DNA from: a virus
Taxonomy: Duplodnaviria; Caudoviricetes
Strand: one strand, 5' to 3'
DNA: 62,078 bases
Virus record (IMG/VR): IMGVR_UViG_3300034104_006372
Span: 1-62,078 of that record
In this document: positions 1-9,477 of the stretch, one piece after another
How positions within the stretch are numbered: position 1 is the stretch's first letter
Layout: every line of letters starts with the position of its first letter
Made by a program: the position numbers and the translations under genes
Notes under the pieces: generated by a model
Database searches by the model: none
What the model saw: only the letters and a program-made list of their open reading frames with translations
Told to the model about the DNA's origin: nothing

Positions 1-550
1 TTATTTCAACTGTAGAATCATGAGCGTATATTAAGTTTGATCTATTATTATTGTCAGTTCCATTACCTACAATAAAAGCTGCAGGTACAGAGGAGGTAGC
101 GTTAAATTGGCCCTGTACGTGTTGATGATTGGCTAATGCTATTGTTTGATAACCTTCGGCATGTGAATATGAGCCTGATGCTATTGTTTCTTGACCTTCA
201 GCATGTGAATAATTTCCTTTTGCTTGGGTATAATCTCCTTCAGCATGCGAGTAGTCTCCTGTTGCTTGAGTAATACTTCCTTCAGCATGTGAGTATTCTC
301 CTGTCGCTATATTTCCCTCTAATCCTTGAATAAGAGAGCCTGTTATTATAACTAGTTGATTTAACGGATTAATATATGATGCAGTTGAAGCAAATGATGA
401 GCTTACTGCGTTTAGTACATAGGAAGCAGTAGTTGCATTTCGAGCCCAACTAGCGGTTCCGTGTAGCGAACCTGTGATTCCATTGGTTACTGTAAGAGCG
501 TTTAAAAAAGCATCGGAGCCCGATACTATAACTTTTTTCCAACTAGGCAT
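1..550 (-). CDS. tail fibre/adhesin-like protein, partial (runs off the window start), with YSHAEG (Hep_Hag/YadA-head-like) repeats
   Basis: Hand translation from ATG at 550: MPSWKKVIVSGSDAFLNAL...GEYSHAEGSITQATGDYSHAEGDYTQAKGNYSHAEGQETIASGSYSHAEG...; absent from the ORF track. Confidence 0.8.
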   Translation of the reverse strand, partial: MPSWKKVIVSGSDAFLNALTVTNGITGSLHGTASWARNATTASYVLNAVSSSFASTASYINPLNQLVIITGSLIQGLEGNIATGEYSHAEGSITQATGDYSHAEGDYTQAKGNYSHAEGQETIASGSYSHAEGYQTIALANHQHVQGQFNATSSVPAAFIVGNGTDNNNRSNLIYAHDSTVEI

Positions 551-561
551 TTATATCTGTT

Positions 562-618
562 TATTACGGTTGGTTACAACAAATGTGTGCTGTCCACTTC
601 CCTTACGGGCCTATAATA
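562..618 (-). ncRNA. candidate cis-regulatory three-way-junction RNA in the 5' leader of the fibre gene
   Basis: UAUUAUAGG/CCGUAAUA closing stem, CCC-GUAA-GGG GNRA hairpin, UGG..ACAGCA/UGUUGU..CCA stem. Confidence 0.45.
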
Positions 619-622
619 TAGT

Positions 623-630
623 CATAAATA
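623..630 (-). promoter_or_regulatory. late-promoter-like motif variant TATTTATG
   Basis: One mismatch to the recurrent TATTTATA motif; directly upstream of the structured leader. Confidence 0.5.
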
Positions 631-649
631 TTGGATACTCTGCCTCTAG

Positions 650-889
650 TTATAATTTGTTATTTTTGTATTTCAAATCTACTAGCTGTTTTTGTAGCTT
701 GAGAGTTAGATTGTATACGGTTTCAACGTATTCTCCTCTAAACAAACCATTTTTAATGGTTAATAGTAACAGTTCAAGTTCCTTGTCTGTTAATTCAATA
801 CTAGTAGAATCGTTTGTGGGGGAAGGAGTGGGGGTTTCCACTTCAATTTTGGAGCCCCCTACTATAATGTTTGCTGCTGAAAATGACAT
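650..889 (-). CDS. small hypothetical protein (likely start MSFSAANII at 889)
   Basis: ORF track 650..934; start moved to avoid overlap with the upstream gene. Confidence 0.7.
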   Translation of the reverse strand: MSFSAANIIVGGSKIEVETPTPSPTNDSTSIELTDKELELLLLTIKNGLFRGEYVETVYNLTLKLQKQLVDLKYKNNKL

Positions 890-908
890 AAACCAATTTT
901 TTAATGTA

Positions 909-1934
909 TTAAGAGTAGATCCAAATACCTTCATCTGAACCTATAAAAATATTACCTTTTACTTGATATCTAGCTGCTACTACTGTTGGGTCTGTACCTG
1001 CTCCTTCTAAAGTTAAAGCCATGTAAGCATCGGGAACAAATGCGTTTTGAGAAGCATCAAATGAGCTGCTTACTCCCCAACGTGTAGCACCAGAATCGAA
1101 TCCAAATACTTCAGCGTTTAAAGCATTGGTTTGTTGTATTGCAATACCACCGTCTCCTGCTGCATTTGAGCCAGAAGCTAAACGGATAAATCTATCTGCT
1201 ATATCAAGATCTTCAGTGTGTTGGAAAGAAGCAGTACCAAATACTGTTAAATTTCTACTAACTACTAAATCTTGACCAATTGTTACATCATTTGGTAAAC
1301 CAATTGTTAAAGTAGTACCCGCAGCAGAAGTTTCAATTTCGTTTGCAGTTCCCCCAATTGTAAGATCTTGAGTTATTAGATCAATTGTAATCCCTGATCC
1401 GTTAGAACCAGATATGTTTAGGTTAGTAGCTAGTCCTGTTAAACCTGAACCATCACCTTTGAATGAACCAGTAAATGAACCAGTTAAAGAAGAGCTAGCA
1501 CCTGTTAGTTGGATTGAAGTAGCACCCGATACTAATGTACCATTGTCTGTTAAGGAAGAGTTAACAAACGCATTGCCATTCCATTTTGTTACAGCATTAT
1601 TATTTAAAGCTGAAGCTCCAGAAACAGCAACAGTAGCAGTTCCGGAACCATCGTAAGTAAATGGAACGATACCTGAACCTTGTGTTAAGTCTGGTAGGTT
1701 TGTGGTACCAACAAATGAACCACTAAATGAACCCGTTAATACCGAACCAGTACCTGTGGAAATAATAGAGTTAGATCCAATATTTAAATTTCCCCCACTA
1801 AAAGTAAGACCACTATTTTGGAGAGCACCACCCACTCCTGCCATTACCAAATTTCCGTTTGTTAAAACAGAGGATGTGATTTGGGCTAGATGTGCGTTCG
1901 AGCCACTAACAATTATTTTCTTCCAGGTTGCCAT
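909..1934 (-). CDS. tail fibre/virion structural protein
   Basis: G/S/T-rich; GSFSGSF and GSFTGSF repeats; N-terminus MATWKKIIVSGS shared with the fibre starting at 550. Confidence 0.75.
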   Translation of the reverse strand: MATWKKIIVSGSNAHLAQITSSVLTNGNLVMAGVGGALQNSGLTFSGGNLNIGSNSIISTGTGSVLTGSFSGSFVGTTNLPDLTQGSGIVPFTYDGSGTATVAVSGASALNNNAVTKWNGNAFVNSSLTDNGTLVSGATSIQLTGASSSLTGSFTGSFKGDGSGLTGLATNLNISGSNGSGITIDLITQDLTIGGTANEIETSAAGTTLTIGLPNDVTIGQDLVVSRNLTVFGTASFQHTEDLDIADRFIRLASGSNAAGDGGIAIQQTNALNAEVFGFDSGATRWGVSSSFDASQNAFVPDAYMALTLEGAGTDPTVVAARYQVKGNIFIGSDEGIWIYS

Positions 1935-1959
1935 TATATATTATAAAAGTATATTTTGT

Positions 1960-1967
1960 TATAAATA
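1960..1967 (-). promoter_or_regulatory. putative late promoter TATTTATA
   Basis: Recurrent intergenic 8-mer shortly upstream of structural gene starts. Confidence 0.65.
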
Positions 1968-1976
1968 TGATTATCT

Positions 1977-2375
1977 TTACATTCCTACATAAAACTCATT
2001 GCTCGCATACACAATCCCTCCCTCAACAGGAGAGGGTAAAGAAGCAAATTCTAGTAATTGAAATCGACCTGCACTGTCCACTTTAATACCGGTATTTGTG
2101 CTCGTATTTCGTATTAGCATTAAATCATCAATACTTCCTGTGTGATATACTTCTAGGCGAGTAGTTCCACTAGTAGTACCGCCAATAGCTAAATTTAAAC
2201 CATCGAATTGTAAATTAGGTTCACCTTGTATAATATTAGGATAACCTGTAGCAGTAATTATGTAATTATTAACATTTTCTAATATATTAATACCACTACC
2301 CGAGCCTCCCCCACTACTAATGTCTATAGCATATGCTCCTACATTTAACGAATCTATAAATCTAATATCTGACAT
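1977..2375 (-). CDS. virion structural protein (fibre-associated)
   Basis: ORF, composition and context. Confidence 0.6.
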   Translation of the reverse strand: MSDIRFIDSLNVGAYAIDISSGGGSGSGINILENVNNYIITATGYPNIIQGEPNLQFDGLNLAIGGTTSGTTRLEVYHTGSIDDLMLIRNTSTNTGIKVDSAGRFQLLEFASLPSPVEGGIVYASNEFYVGM

Positions 2376-2376
2376 C

Positions 2377-3390
2377 TTATGATCTTAATTCTGATCCTGG
2401 ATCGGGTGATTGTGTTTCTCTTCCTGGTGTTACTTCTCCAACACTGTTAATTCTACCATCGGTATCTCTATCTTTTCTAGTTCTACCGTCACTTAGTTTT
2501 TTGATGTTTGGATCAAATATATCGGAGTTGGTTACTGTTTCTACTTGTATAATAATTTTGGATTTAGAGTTTATCTTCTTGATAGAATTCAAATCTTTTT
2601 GTAATGTATCTGGTATAATGTAACCGCGTAATCGAATAGTAAATGTTCCTTTTACTAGTCTATCTTGTCCTGCTGTTAATTCGGTAGCAGTAGTAAATTG
2701 ATCTATAAATGCTCTAAATTTAAAGCGTTCAGGGTCACCCCAATATGCATCAGAAGCATATTCAATGGCTTCAATTATTTTATTTAATTGTTCCATATAA
2801 TATGTTTGCACAATACAGCTGTATTCTAAAGTAACGTAATCAGGAACAGTTACTGCATGAAATGTTTTAACTGGGATTCTATTGTTTAGAGCTGCAAAGT
2901 TGCTATAGAAGTTTTTGGGATTAAATGCTTTCTGGAATGTAGCGTATAAATTTGGTTGGTTAGAATCCAATTTATTTGTTACAGTTCTATCTTTAGATAT
3001 TGTATCTCGTTTTACTGCTATTAGCGGAAGCATTATTGCCCCGTTTTTATCTCTATAGTATCCATCCTTTTGGAATGATTTCCAACTTTCTGGTGAACCA
3101 TATATAACAGGTACTTCGTATCTTTCACCGTTTTGGTATACAAAAGGTCGTATTACATTTTTAAAATAATAGAATACTGCCTCATCTAAATCCTGTATAC
3201 CAATGGTAAATGGCTTGGTTGTATCGTCTTTAAAACTTAATTTAGTAGAACGATTAAACTCTATACCAGTTTCATTCTCGTTTGGATTTAATTTAGCATT
3301 AGGATTACCTCTAACCGGATCAGTTGCTTTTTGGAGATTTTCGCTAATCTCTCGTTGTGATTTGGGTACAGGTTTTCTTGGTCGAGCCAT
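2377..3390 (-). CDS. tail sheath stabiliser/tail completion protein (T4 gp15-like)
   Basis: VPVIYGSPESW, LPLIAVKR, VPDYVTLEYS motifs; follows the neck genes. Confidence 0.65.
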   Translation of the reverse strand: MARPRKPVPKSQREISENLQKATDPVRGNPNAKLNPNENETGIEFNRSTKLSFKDDTTKPFTIGIQDLDEAVFYYFKNVIRPFVYQNGERYEVPVIYGSPESWKSFQKDGYYRDKNGAIMLPLIAVKRDTISKDRTVTNKLDSNQPNLYATFQKAFNPKNFYSNFAALNNRIPVKTFHAVTVPDYVTLEYSCIVQTYYMEQLNKIIEAIEYASDAYWGDPERFKFRAFIDQFTTATELTAGQDRLVKGTFTIRLRGYIIPDTLQKDLNSIKKINSKSKIIIQVETVTNSDIFDPNIKKLSDGRTRKDRDTDGRINSVGEVTPGRETQSPDPGSELRS

Positions 3391-3908
3391 TACATACGTT
3401 CTTTATATGGAGAAATTGCAACTTTATCTGCTGGAATGTAATAAGTATCACATATTATCGATATGTTTGAACCAAAGTTTTCTAATCCTGGATTTAATGG
3501 GTTTTCATTATTTGGATAATCTGGATTTTTGCCCACAAAATATTGGTTAATAACTGTAGATTGTACACCATAGTATGCATCTTGATATAGTATAATATCC
3601 CCTACTTCAGGTACCACATTAGCATCTACTAGATCATCTCTAAAGAAAGAGAATGTAATACCTACTTGATAATTTACACCCAATTCACTTACTGGGTATG
3701 TTTGATCTGCTCTATTTATCAAACAGTTAAATAGAAACGGACCATCATAATATTTTACTCCTGCGGCCTCACCATATAAATTTACTTTGGTTTCTTGCAA
3801 TTTATATTTGTAGAAAGAAGCTTGTTGAGTAATTATATTACCTAACAATTCACGATTCAACTTTCTAATTAAGCTTACGTCTCGTAAGCCCCCAAACATT
3901 GCACACAT
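3390..3908 (-). CDS. neck/head-closure protein (T4 gp14-like)
   Basis: NLYGEA and PEVGDII motifs; between gp13-like and gp15-like genes. Confidence 0.6.
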   Translation of the reverse strand: MCAMFGGLRDVSLIRKLNRELLGNIITQQASFYKYKLQETKVNLYGEAAGVKYYDGPFLFNCLINRADQTYPVSELGVNYQVGITFSFFRDDLVDANVVPEVGDIILYQDAYYGVQSTVINQYFVGKNPDYPNNENPLNPGLENFGSNISIICDTYYIPADKVAISPYKERM

Positions 3909-3909
3909 A

Positions 3910-5055
3910 TTATCCTACGTAAATTGTAAATGGAACTTCAGCTAATTCATTTTTTCGAGCTACAGCTTCTGCTGCTCTTCGTTCTAAAGCAGCTTGACGA
4001 GAAGTTTGATCAAAATATTCTCGTAATTTTTCAATCAACCTTAATTTATCGGTTGATGCTTGTGTTAACAAATCTTGTTGGTTTAATGTTACCTCAGAAT
4101 TTGGTATAGGTATATTGGTATATTTTCCTCTAACTAAACCTAATATTTCTTTAGCAAGAGCTAAAGTATATTCAAATATCCACTGACGACCTACACTGTT
4201 GATTAAAGCATAAGTGGGGTTTGAGTAAGGAATATTAGATACATTGTTAGCTGATTCTGTGTTAGGAGTAGTAACCGAATCACTTATTCGTTCATTATCC
4301 TTAATATACTCAAAATGCATTTTTGCTTCTGAATTATTAGGGATAGGGAATATTCGTAATACATTATTTTTCATTTCAAAACTATAGTTAGATCTACGAA
4401 CCATGTCGTTTAACTCAATAGCTTGCAATGTTTGGAGATCATAGTTTAGAGGCATCATTAAAAAGTTGATGGCAGGAGAAAATGATCCAAATCCAAAACT
4501 ATCAAATAATGCTTGATATCCATATCCTGTACCTGCATATGGATCAAAATATCTTACTACTGCAGGTGGGGCCTCATAAAATACGCGTTTAATTTCAATA
4601 CTACCAGTTATGCCTTCATCTTCTGCCCATTGTTTTAGATCATAATCTTGTACAGAAGCACTCAAAGGTATAGATCCTTTATAATAAGTTATATTACCAC
4701 CTGTACCAGCTTCAGATCCGTATTGCTGAGATAAACGAATTATAGAACTAAAGTTAGGGGTAACTATAGAATTATTTAAAGGAGTAGCAGTACTTACACC
4801 AATTAGATCTAATTGATTATCTCTAATCTGGTATGCATATAGTTCATTTCCGTATGTAGTAATTGCTTCTTCGAATGCAGCATAAAAGCTAATATCTTGC
4901 AATTCAACATCTACTAAAGGATAGCCTAATCGTCTAGCACAAAAATTTGCTACTTTGTCTGCATCTCTTTGGAAATCCACATCATAGTCATAAAACCCAA
5001 ATGGGGTTTCACCTGGGGAAAAAGTACTAGTACCTGACCATATAGGAATATTCAT
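3910..5055 (-). CDS. neck protein/head-tail adaptor (T4 gp13-like)
   Basis: RRLGYPLVDVEL, WIFEYTLALAKEILGLVRGKY, VTLN motifs. Confidence 0.8.
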   Translation of the reverse strand: MNIPIWSGTSTFSPGETPFGFYDYDVDFQRDADKVANFCARRLGYPLVDVELQDISFYAAFEEAITTYGNELYAYQIRDNQLDLIGVSTATPLNNSIVTPNFSSIIRLSQQYGSEAGTGGNITYYKGSIPLSASVQDYDLKQWAEDEGITGSIEIKRVFYEAPPAVVRYFDPYAGTGYGYQALFDSFGFGSFSPAINFLMMPLNYDLQTLQAIELNDMVRRSNYSFEMKNNVLRIFPIPNNSEAKMHFEYIKDNERISDSVTTPNTESANNVSNIPYSNPTYALINSVGRQWIFEYTLALAKEILGLVRGKYTNIPIPNSEVTLNQQDLLTQASTDKLRLIEKLREYFDQTSRQAALERRAAEAVARKNELAEVPFTIYVG

Positions 5056-5065
5056 AGTATTTTAA

Positions 5066-5494
5066 TTAAGAAGTTGCTACATAGAACTCTACTTTAGCAG
5101 TATTAGTGCTTCCAGATGGTCTTAAGTTTATAGAAGAAATATAATCGTATGAAAAACCTACCAAACTTCCTGTTACCTGTGAACTTGGAAGATAGAAAGA
5201 CTGCTGTGGTTCCATTCTAAAGTTAAATGCTTGTGTAGAGGAAGATACCTCTATATTAACTGGAATACTAGTAGAATGGTTTGTTACACGAGCATATTTT
5301 AGCTTATCTTCTTTAAAAGTACCTGATGTTACCTCGGTGTTAAATTCAAATATGGTAGTTTTAACACCAGCAGGAAGAAGCATAGTTCTATGATCTAGAT
5401 AGTTTATATCTGATACATCAATAGATTGAAGGGTGCTTCTATCATCCCCATCTAAGCTAAGTTGTTCGTTTATAAAAAGTTTTAAAGTTGCCAT
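5066..5494 (-). CDS. hypothetical virion protein
   Basis: ORF with its own late motif; beta-rich. Confidence 0.6.
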   Translation of the reverse strand: MATLKLFINEQLSLDGDDRSTLQSIDVSDINYLDHRTMLLPAGVKTTIFEFNTEVTSGTFKEDKLKYARVTNHSTSIPVNIEVSSSTQAFNFRMEPQQSFYLPSSQVTGSLVGFSYDYISSINLRPSGSTNTAKVEFYVATS

Positions 5495-5502
5495 CTTTTT
5501 AT

Positions 5503-5510
5503 TATAAATA
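5503..5510 (-). promoter_or_regulatory. putative late promoter TATTTATA
   Basis: Recurrent motif. Confidence 0.65.
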
Positions 5511-5521
5511 TTGAAAAAATG

Positions 5522-6208
5522 TTAGTCCCTAAAAAGCTTGTATACCTCTAATATAGGTGCAACTATTTCATGTCTGTGGTTTGTTTCTAGAGAAATTGTT
5601 TTAAATCCTTCAACATTTTCTTCCAATCTGTATAAAAAAGTAAAGCCAGATTCCTTTTTATTTTTTAGATCTATTTGGGCAATGTCGCCACATATTACCA
5701 TTTTGGAATTTTTTCCTAAACGACCAATAACGGTTTCCATTTGGGAATGTGTTACGTTTTGGGCTTCATCTACAATTACAAACGAGTCTACAAATGTTCT
5801 ACCCCGCATAAAAGCAAATGGTACAATTTCAATATCTCCATTTTCTATATGTTTATCTACTTTTTCTTTAGAATATAACATATAAAGATTGTGATATATT
5901 GGGGCCAACCAAGGATCCATTTTTTCACGTATATCACCCGGTAAAAACCCGATTTCTTCCTTGGATACAGTGGGCCGTGATATGACTATTTTTTCAACTT
6001 GTTTATTGAAAAACATGTCAAGAGCACATTGAACTGCTACTAGTGTTTTACCAGAGCCTGCCATACCTTTTATTACGGTAATGGGATTATCTAATATGAG
6101 TGATTTGGCTTGTTTTTGTTCGGCGTTTAAAACTACATTAAACTTAATTGGATTCTTTGGTTTACGCTTTTGGACGAACACGTCGTCCGAATGATGATTT
6201 GATGTCAT
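5522..6208 (-). CDS. phoH: PhoH-family ATPase
   Basis: GMAGSGKT, IGFLPG, FMRGRTF, DEAQN, GDIAQID motifs. Confidence 0.95.
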   Translation of the reverse strand: MTSNHHSDDVFVQKRKPKNPIKFNVVLNAEQKQAKSLILDNPITVIKGMAGSGKTLVAVQCALDMFFNKQVEKIVISRPTVSKEEIGFLPGDIREKMDPWLAPIYHNLYMLYSKEKVDKHIENGDIEIVPFAFMRGRTFVDSFVIVDEAQNVTHSQMETVIGRLGKNSKMVICGDIAQIDLKNKKESGFTFLYRLEENVEGFKTISLETNHRHEIVAPILEVYKLFRD

Positions 6209-6230
6209 ATAGATAACTTTAAAATTCTGT

Positions 6231-6238
6231 TATAAATA
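6231..6238 (-). promoter_or_regulatory. putative late promoter TATTTATA
   Basis: Recurrent motif upstream of phoH. Confidence 0.6.
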
Positions 6239-6245
6239 TAACAAT

Positions 6246-6274
6246 AAAAAAGCCCAATCCAAAGGATTGGGCTT
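6246..6274 (-). terminator. intrinsic terminator after the major capsid gene
   Basis: AAGCCCAATCC-TTT-GGATTGGGCTT followed by a T-run. Confidence 0.9.
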
Positions 6275-6294
6275 AATTTACTTTAAATTGTTAA

Positions 6295-7920
6295 TTAAAG
6301 GGTGTTCAATCCGTTAATTTCAATTTTGCCATAGAATTCAGGACGTACCATCTTCTTAGCGTAACGAGTCAATAGACCTTTTCTTGGAGTAAAGGTATCT
6401 GGATCGTACACAAGTGGAGTCATGATCAATGGAATATAAGGAGAGAATACAGCACCAGTCTCAAGGAACTGAGCACCTCTAAATCCTAACAAGATTTGGT
6501 TTTCAAGCATGTAAGGGTTTTTGTAAACCTTAATCTTACCACCGCCTAAAGCACCAATTTTCTGTACTCCGAATGCGTAAGTTGACTTTTCAACATCACC
6601 ATCAACATCACCTGCAAATCCAGGGATAGATTCGATGATTGTAGAAACAGCTGGAGACAATACCATGAAGTTTGCACCACCACGAAGAGTTTTCTGGTGA
6701 ATAATGTTGCTTAACTTCTGGATTTTAGTTCCAAGAGTTTGGAACCACTGACCTTGGCTGTTATAGAAGCCTAAGTTAGAGAACGTTCCGTTAGATCCGT
6801 TATCAACGATAGCAACGTTGTTAACTGCAGACCATACTTCAGTTCCAGCAGCAGCAGAATCCATCAACATATCCAAGATTTCAAGGTCAATTTCCAAAGA
6901 AATGTACTCAGAAAGGATAGAAGTCAATTCAGCTTCAGCATCAAGAGCATGGTAAGCATTAAGATCTTGAGCAAATTCTGGAGTCCATACAGCCTTCAAT
7001 TTACGAGTTTTAGCAACGATAGCAGAAGATTTCATCTGTACGTTGATTTCAGGGATTGAAATTGGGTTGTTATTGCTGTTCAATGCAGTGTTTCCATCTT
7101 CAAAATCACCTCTGTATTGGTCAGTTGGTTGCTTTGAGAAAGTTACAGTTACCAAAGAAGATTGAACTGGAGCTTGAGAACCAGAAACGATAAATACTAA
7201 GTTAGATCCAACAACTTTAGTGAATTGTGGCAATTGAACCGCACCAGTAATAGAACCAGTAGTCAAAGTAAATGCTCTAATACCTTCAGCATCATATCCA
7301 CTTAAGCCAGATAAAGCTACGCTAACGGTCTTGTAACCACCAGCAACTACAGAAGCAGAGTAGTCAGAATCAAATAACATGTCAGACCATGTAGCAGATC
7401 CAGTAGTACCAGTTACTACAGAAGCAGTGTTGTTAATAGAATATCCGAATCGACCAGCACCGTATAAACCACCAGCATTTGTGTTACCAAATGGTTGTTC
7501 TGCTGCGCTAGAAGAACCGTATAAAGAGTTACCAGCAGTAAATGGAGCTTTTGTAGTTCCATACTGGAAGTCAAGATAGAATACTAGACCAGAAGGTAAG
7601 TTCATTGGCTGAACAGAAACGAATTCTTTCGCTGCAATTTGACCAAATACTTTTCTTACCAATGGAAGAGCAACTCCTGCCCATTGTTCACCCACACCTG
7701 CAGTGAATGTACCTTGAGAAGCAGTACCACCACCAGTTTGAGATGTTTCAACTACTAATTGCTTAGCTTGGTTTTCTAAGATGATACTCATGTTGTTCTT
7801 ATGTGTACCAGCCAAACCTTCTAGCAATCCTGTTTTTTCCCACTTGCTAGCTAATCTAGCGGCATCACTCTGTACAGAGTGATATGGGTTTGCGCTTTCT
7901 AAAAGAGATTGTAAGCTCAT
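6295..7920 (-). CDS. major capsid protein (T4 gp23-like)
   Basis: VSVQPMNLPSGLVFYLDF, AKTRKLKAVWTPEFAQDL, PYIPL, TRYA motifs. Confidence 0.95.
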   Translation of the reverse strand: MSLQSLLESANPYHSVQSDAARLASKWEKTGLLEGLAGTHKNNMSIILENQAKQLVVETSQTGGGTASQGTFTAGVGEQWAGVALPLVRKVFGQIAAKEFVSVQPMNLPSGLVFYLDFQYGTTKAPFTAGNSLYGSSSAAEQPFGNTNAGGLYGAGRFGYSINNTASVVTGTTGSATWSDMLFDSDYSASVVAGGYKTVSVALSGLSGYDAEGIRAFTLTTGSITGAVQLPQFTKVVGSNLVFIVSGSQAPVQSSLVTVTFSKQPTDQYRGDFEDGNTALNSNNNPISIPEINVQMKSSAIVAKTRKLKAVWTPEFAQDLNAYHALDAEAELTSILSEYISLEIDLEILDMLMDSAAAGTEVWSAVNNVAIVDNGSNGTFSNLGFYNSQGQWFQTLGTKIQKLSNIIHQKTLRGGANFMVLSPAVSTIIESIPGFAGDVDGDVEKSTYAFGVQKIGALGGGKIKVYKNPYMLENQILLGFRGAQFLETGAVFSPYIPLIMTPLVYDPDTFTPRKGLLTRYAKKMVRPEFYGKIEINGLNTL

Positions 7921-7956
7921 TGTTTTTCGATTGTTTGTTTTAAGTTATTATTTTAA

Positions 7957-9264
7957 TTATTTGATACCAGCTAGCTTCTGCCATCTGGCAACCATTGGAT
8001 CAACTTCTACAATTGGTTGTTTGCTTTCGCTAATAAACCCTGTAGCTTTTGAAGCACTACCTTTGATTTCATTCATCATAGAAGTTTTAACAGTTTTAGA
8101 TGTCATTCCTTCGTTCAATGTTTCAAAGATAACTTTAGCTTCTTTTACAGATGAAGCCTTGTCAAAAGCCTTCAATACTCTAAGTTTTTGGCTTTCGTTA
8201 AGGTTTTTGGAATTGAAGATTTTGTTAGTGTACAAAAGTTTAGCGTTCAACAAATTAACTTCTTGAAGTTCTTTCTTAAGTTCTTCAATTTCGTTCATTT
8301 CGTCTTCAACTTCTGATACTCTTTCTGTGTTAATTCCAGATGCTTTAGCTGTATCTTCAATATCGTTTGCTAATTCTGCTCCTTTTGCACCAAGTTTACC
8401 TGATTTAAGTACTCGCATCAGTTTTTCAATAGCAAATCCCGATCCAAAAATTGATGCTACTCCACCAACTATTATTGGTAATGAAATTTCAAAAGGAATA
8501 GCACTAGGGTCAGTTTTTATAATTTGTAAAAGCTGTTGTCCTATATCCTGAAGCATTGCTGCATCAATTTCTTGAAGAGGAGTTTTAGTTTCTTCAACTT
8601 CTTCACCTTCGTTAACGGCATAAGCGGAAGTAGTTTGTCCTACTTTTGTTGGGGCTAACTTCTCTAAAGTAGTACCTCTTGCAGGATTATTTTTCTCATT
8701 CCAACTTACTTCGTCCATTTCGTCTAATTCCTCCATGTCGCCCATTTCTTCTTCAGCTTCCATGTCGCCCATCTCGGCTTCCATTTCTTCTCCAGCTTCC
8801 AATTCACCTGCAGCTACCATGTCGGCAATTACATCCTCGATAAAAGATTTAAGATCATCTTCGGTCATGTCTTCTAGGTCGATTTCTACGTCTTCCATTT
8901 CGCCAGCTTCCATTTCGCCTTCTTCTCCGGCTTCCATTTCATCTTCAGCTTCATACATTTCTTTTTTGTCTTCACCTTCTTCAAGTTCCGCAAGGATTTC
9001 GTTCAAATCGAATTCTTCTTCGATTTCATCCTTCATCTCATTTACTTCAACTTCTTTCATCGTGTCTTCCTCTTTAGCTTTCATGGCTTCTTTAACGTCT
9101 TCGTCTTCGTCTTCGTTATCCATTGCTTCTAATTTAAGGGCCAACATTTCTTTCAGACGTGGAGCAAATGCTTCTTCTAAAGCAGCTTTTGCGTTTGCAA
9201 TAGCAGTTTCTTTAACAGCTTTTGCATCAGCGATTGCCTCTTTAAGCAAGTCTCTGTTTGTCAT
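7957..9264 (-). CDS. prohead core/scaffolding protein (likely start MTNRDLLKEA at 9264)
   Basis: Highly acidic coiled-coil protein between protease and MCP; ends RWQKLAGIK. Confidence 0.8.
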   Translation of the reverse strand: MTNRDLLKEAIADAKAVKETAIANAKAALEEAFAPRLKEMLALKLEAMDNEDEDEDVKEAMKAKEEDTMKEVEVNEMKDEIEEEFDLNEILAELEEGEDKKEMYEAEDEMEAGEEGEMEAGEMEDVEIDLEDMTEDDLKSFIEDVIADMVAAGELEAGEEMEAEMGDMEAEEEMGDMEELDEMDEVSWNEKNNPARGTTLEKLAPTKVGQTTSAYAVNEGEEVEETKTPLQEIDAAMLQDIGQQLLQIIKTDPSAIPFEISLPIIVGGVASIFGSGFAIEKLMRVLKSGKLGAKGAELANDIEDTAKASGINTERVSEVEDEMNEIEELKKELQEVNLLNAKLLYTNKIFNSKNLNESQKLRVLKAFDKASSVKEAKVIFETLNEGMTSKTVKTSMMNEIKGSASKATGFISESKQPIVEVDPMVARWQKLAGIK

Positions 9265-9397
9265 TTGTCCTAAAATTTTGTTTAGTGAAATACGTTTATT
9301 AGATAGTAACGTAATAATATAAATTAAAAATATGGTGCTATATAGCGGGGATAGCACATTTACGATTATACGTATATTAGGATTTTTCAAAACGCGA

Positions 9398-9419
9398 AAA
9401 GCCCTCCAGAGAGGGCTTT
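9398..9419 (-). terminator. intrinsic terminator after the prohead protease gene
   Basis: AAAGCCCTC-TCTG-GAGGGCTTTT. Confidence 0.7.
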
Positions 9420-9477
9420 GGTCTTAGGAGACTATCCTAAGAGGGGCACATCCTTCGGTAGCGTCCGTTGGGGAGTA

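Noticed and set aside
5522-6208. phoH as a novel auxiliary gene
   Set aside because: Very common in aquatic T4-like phages
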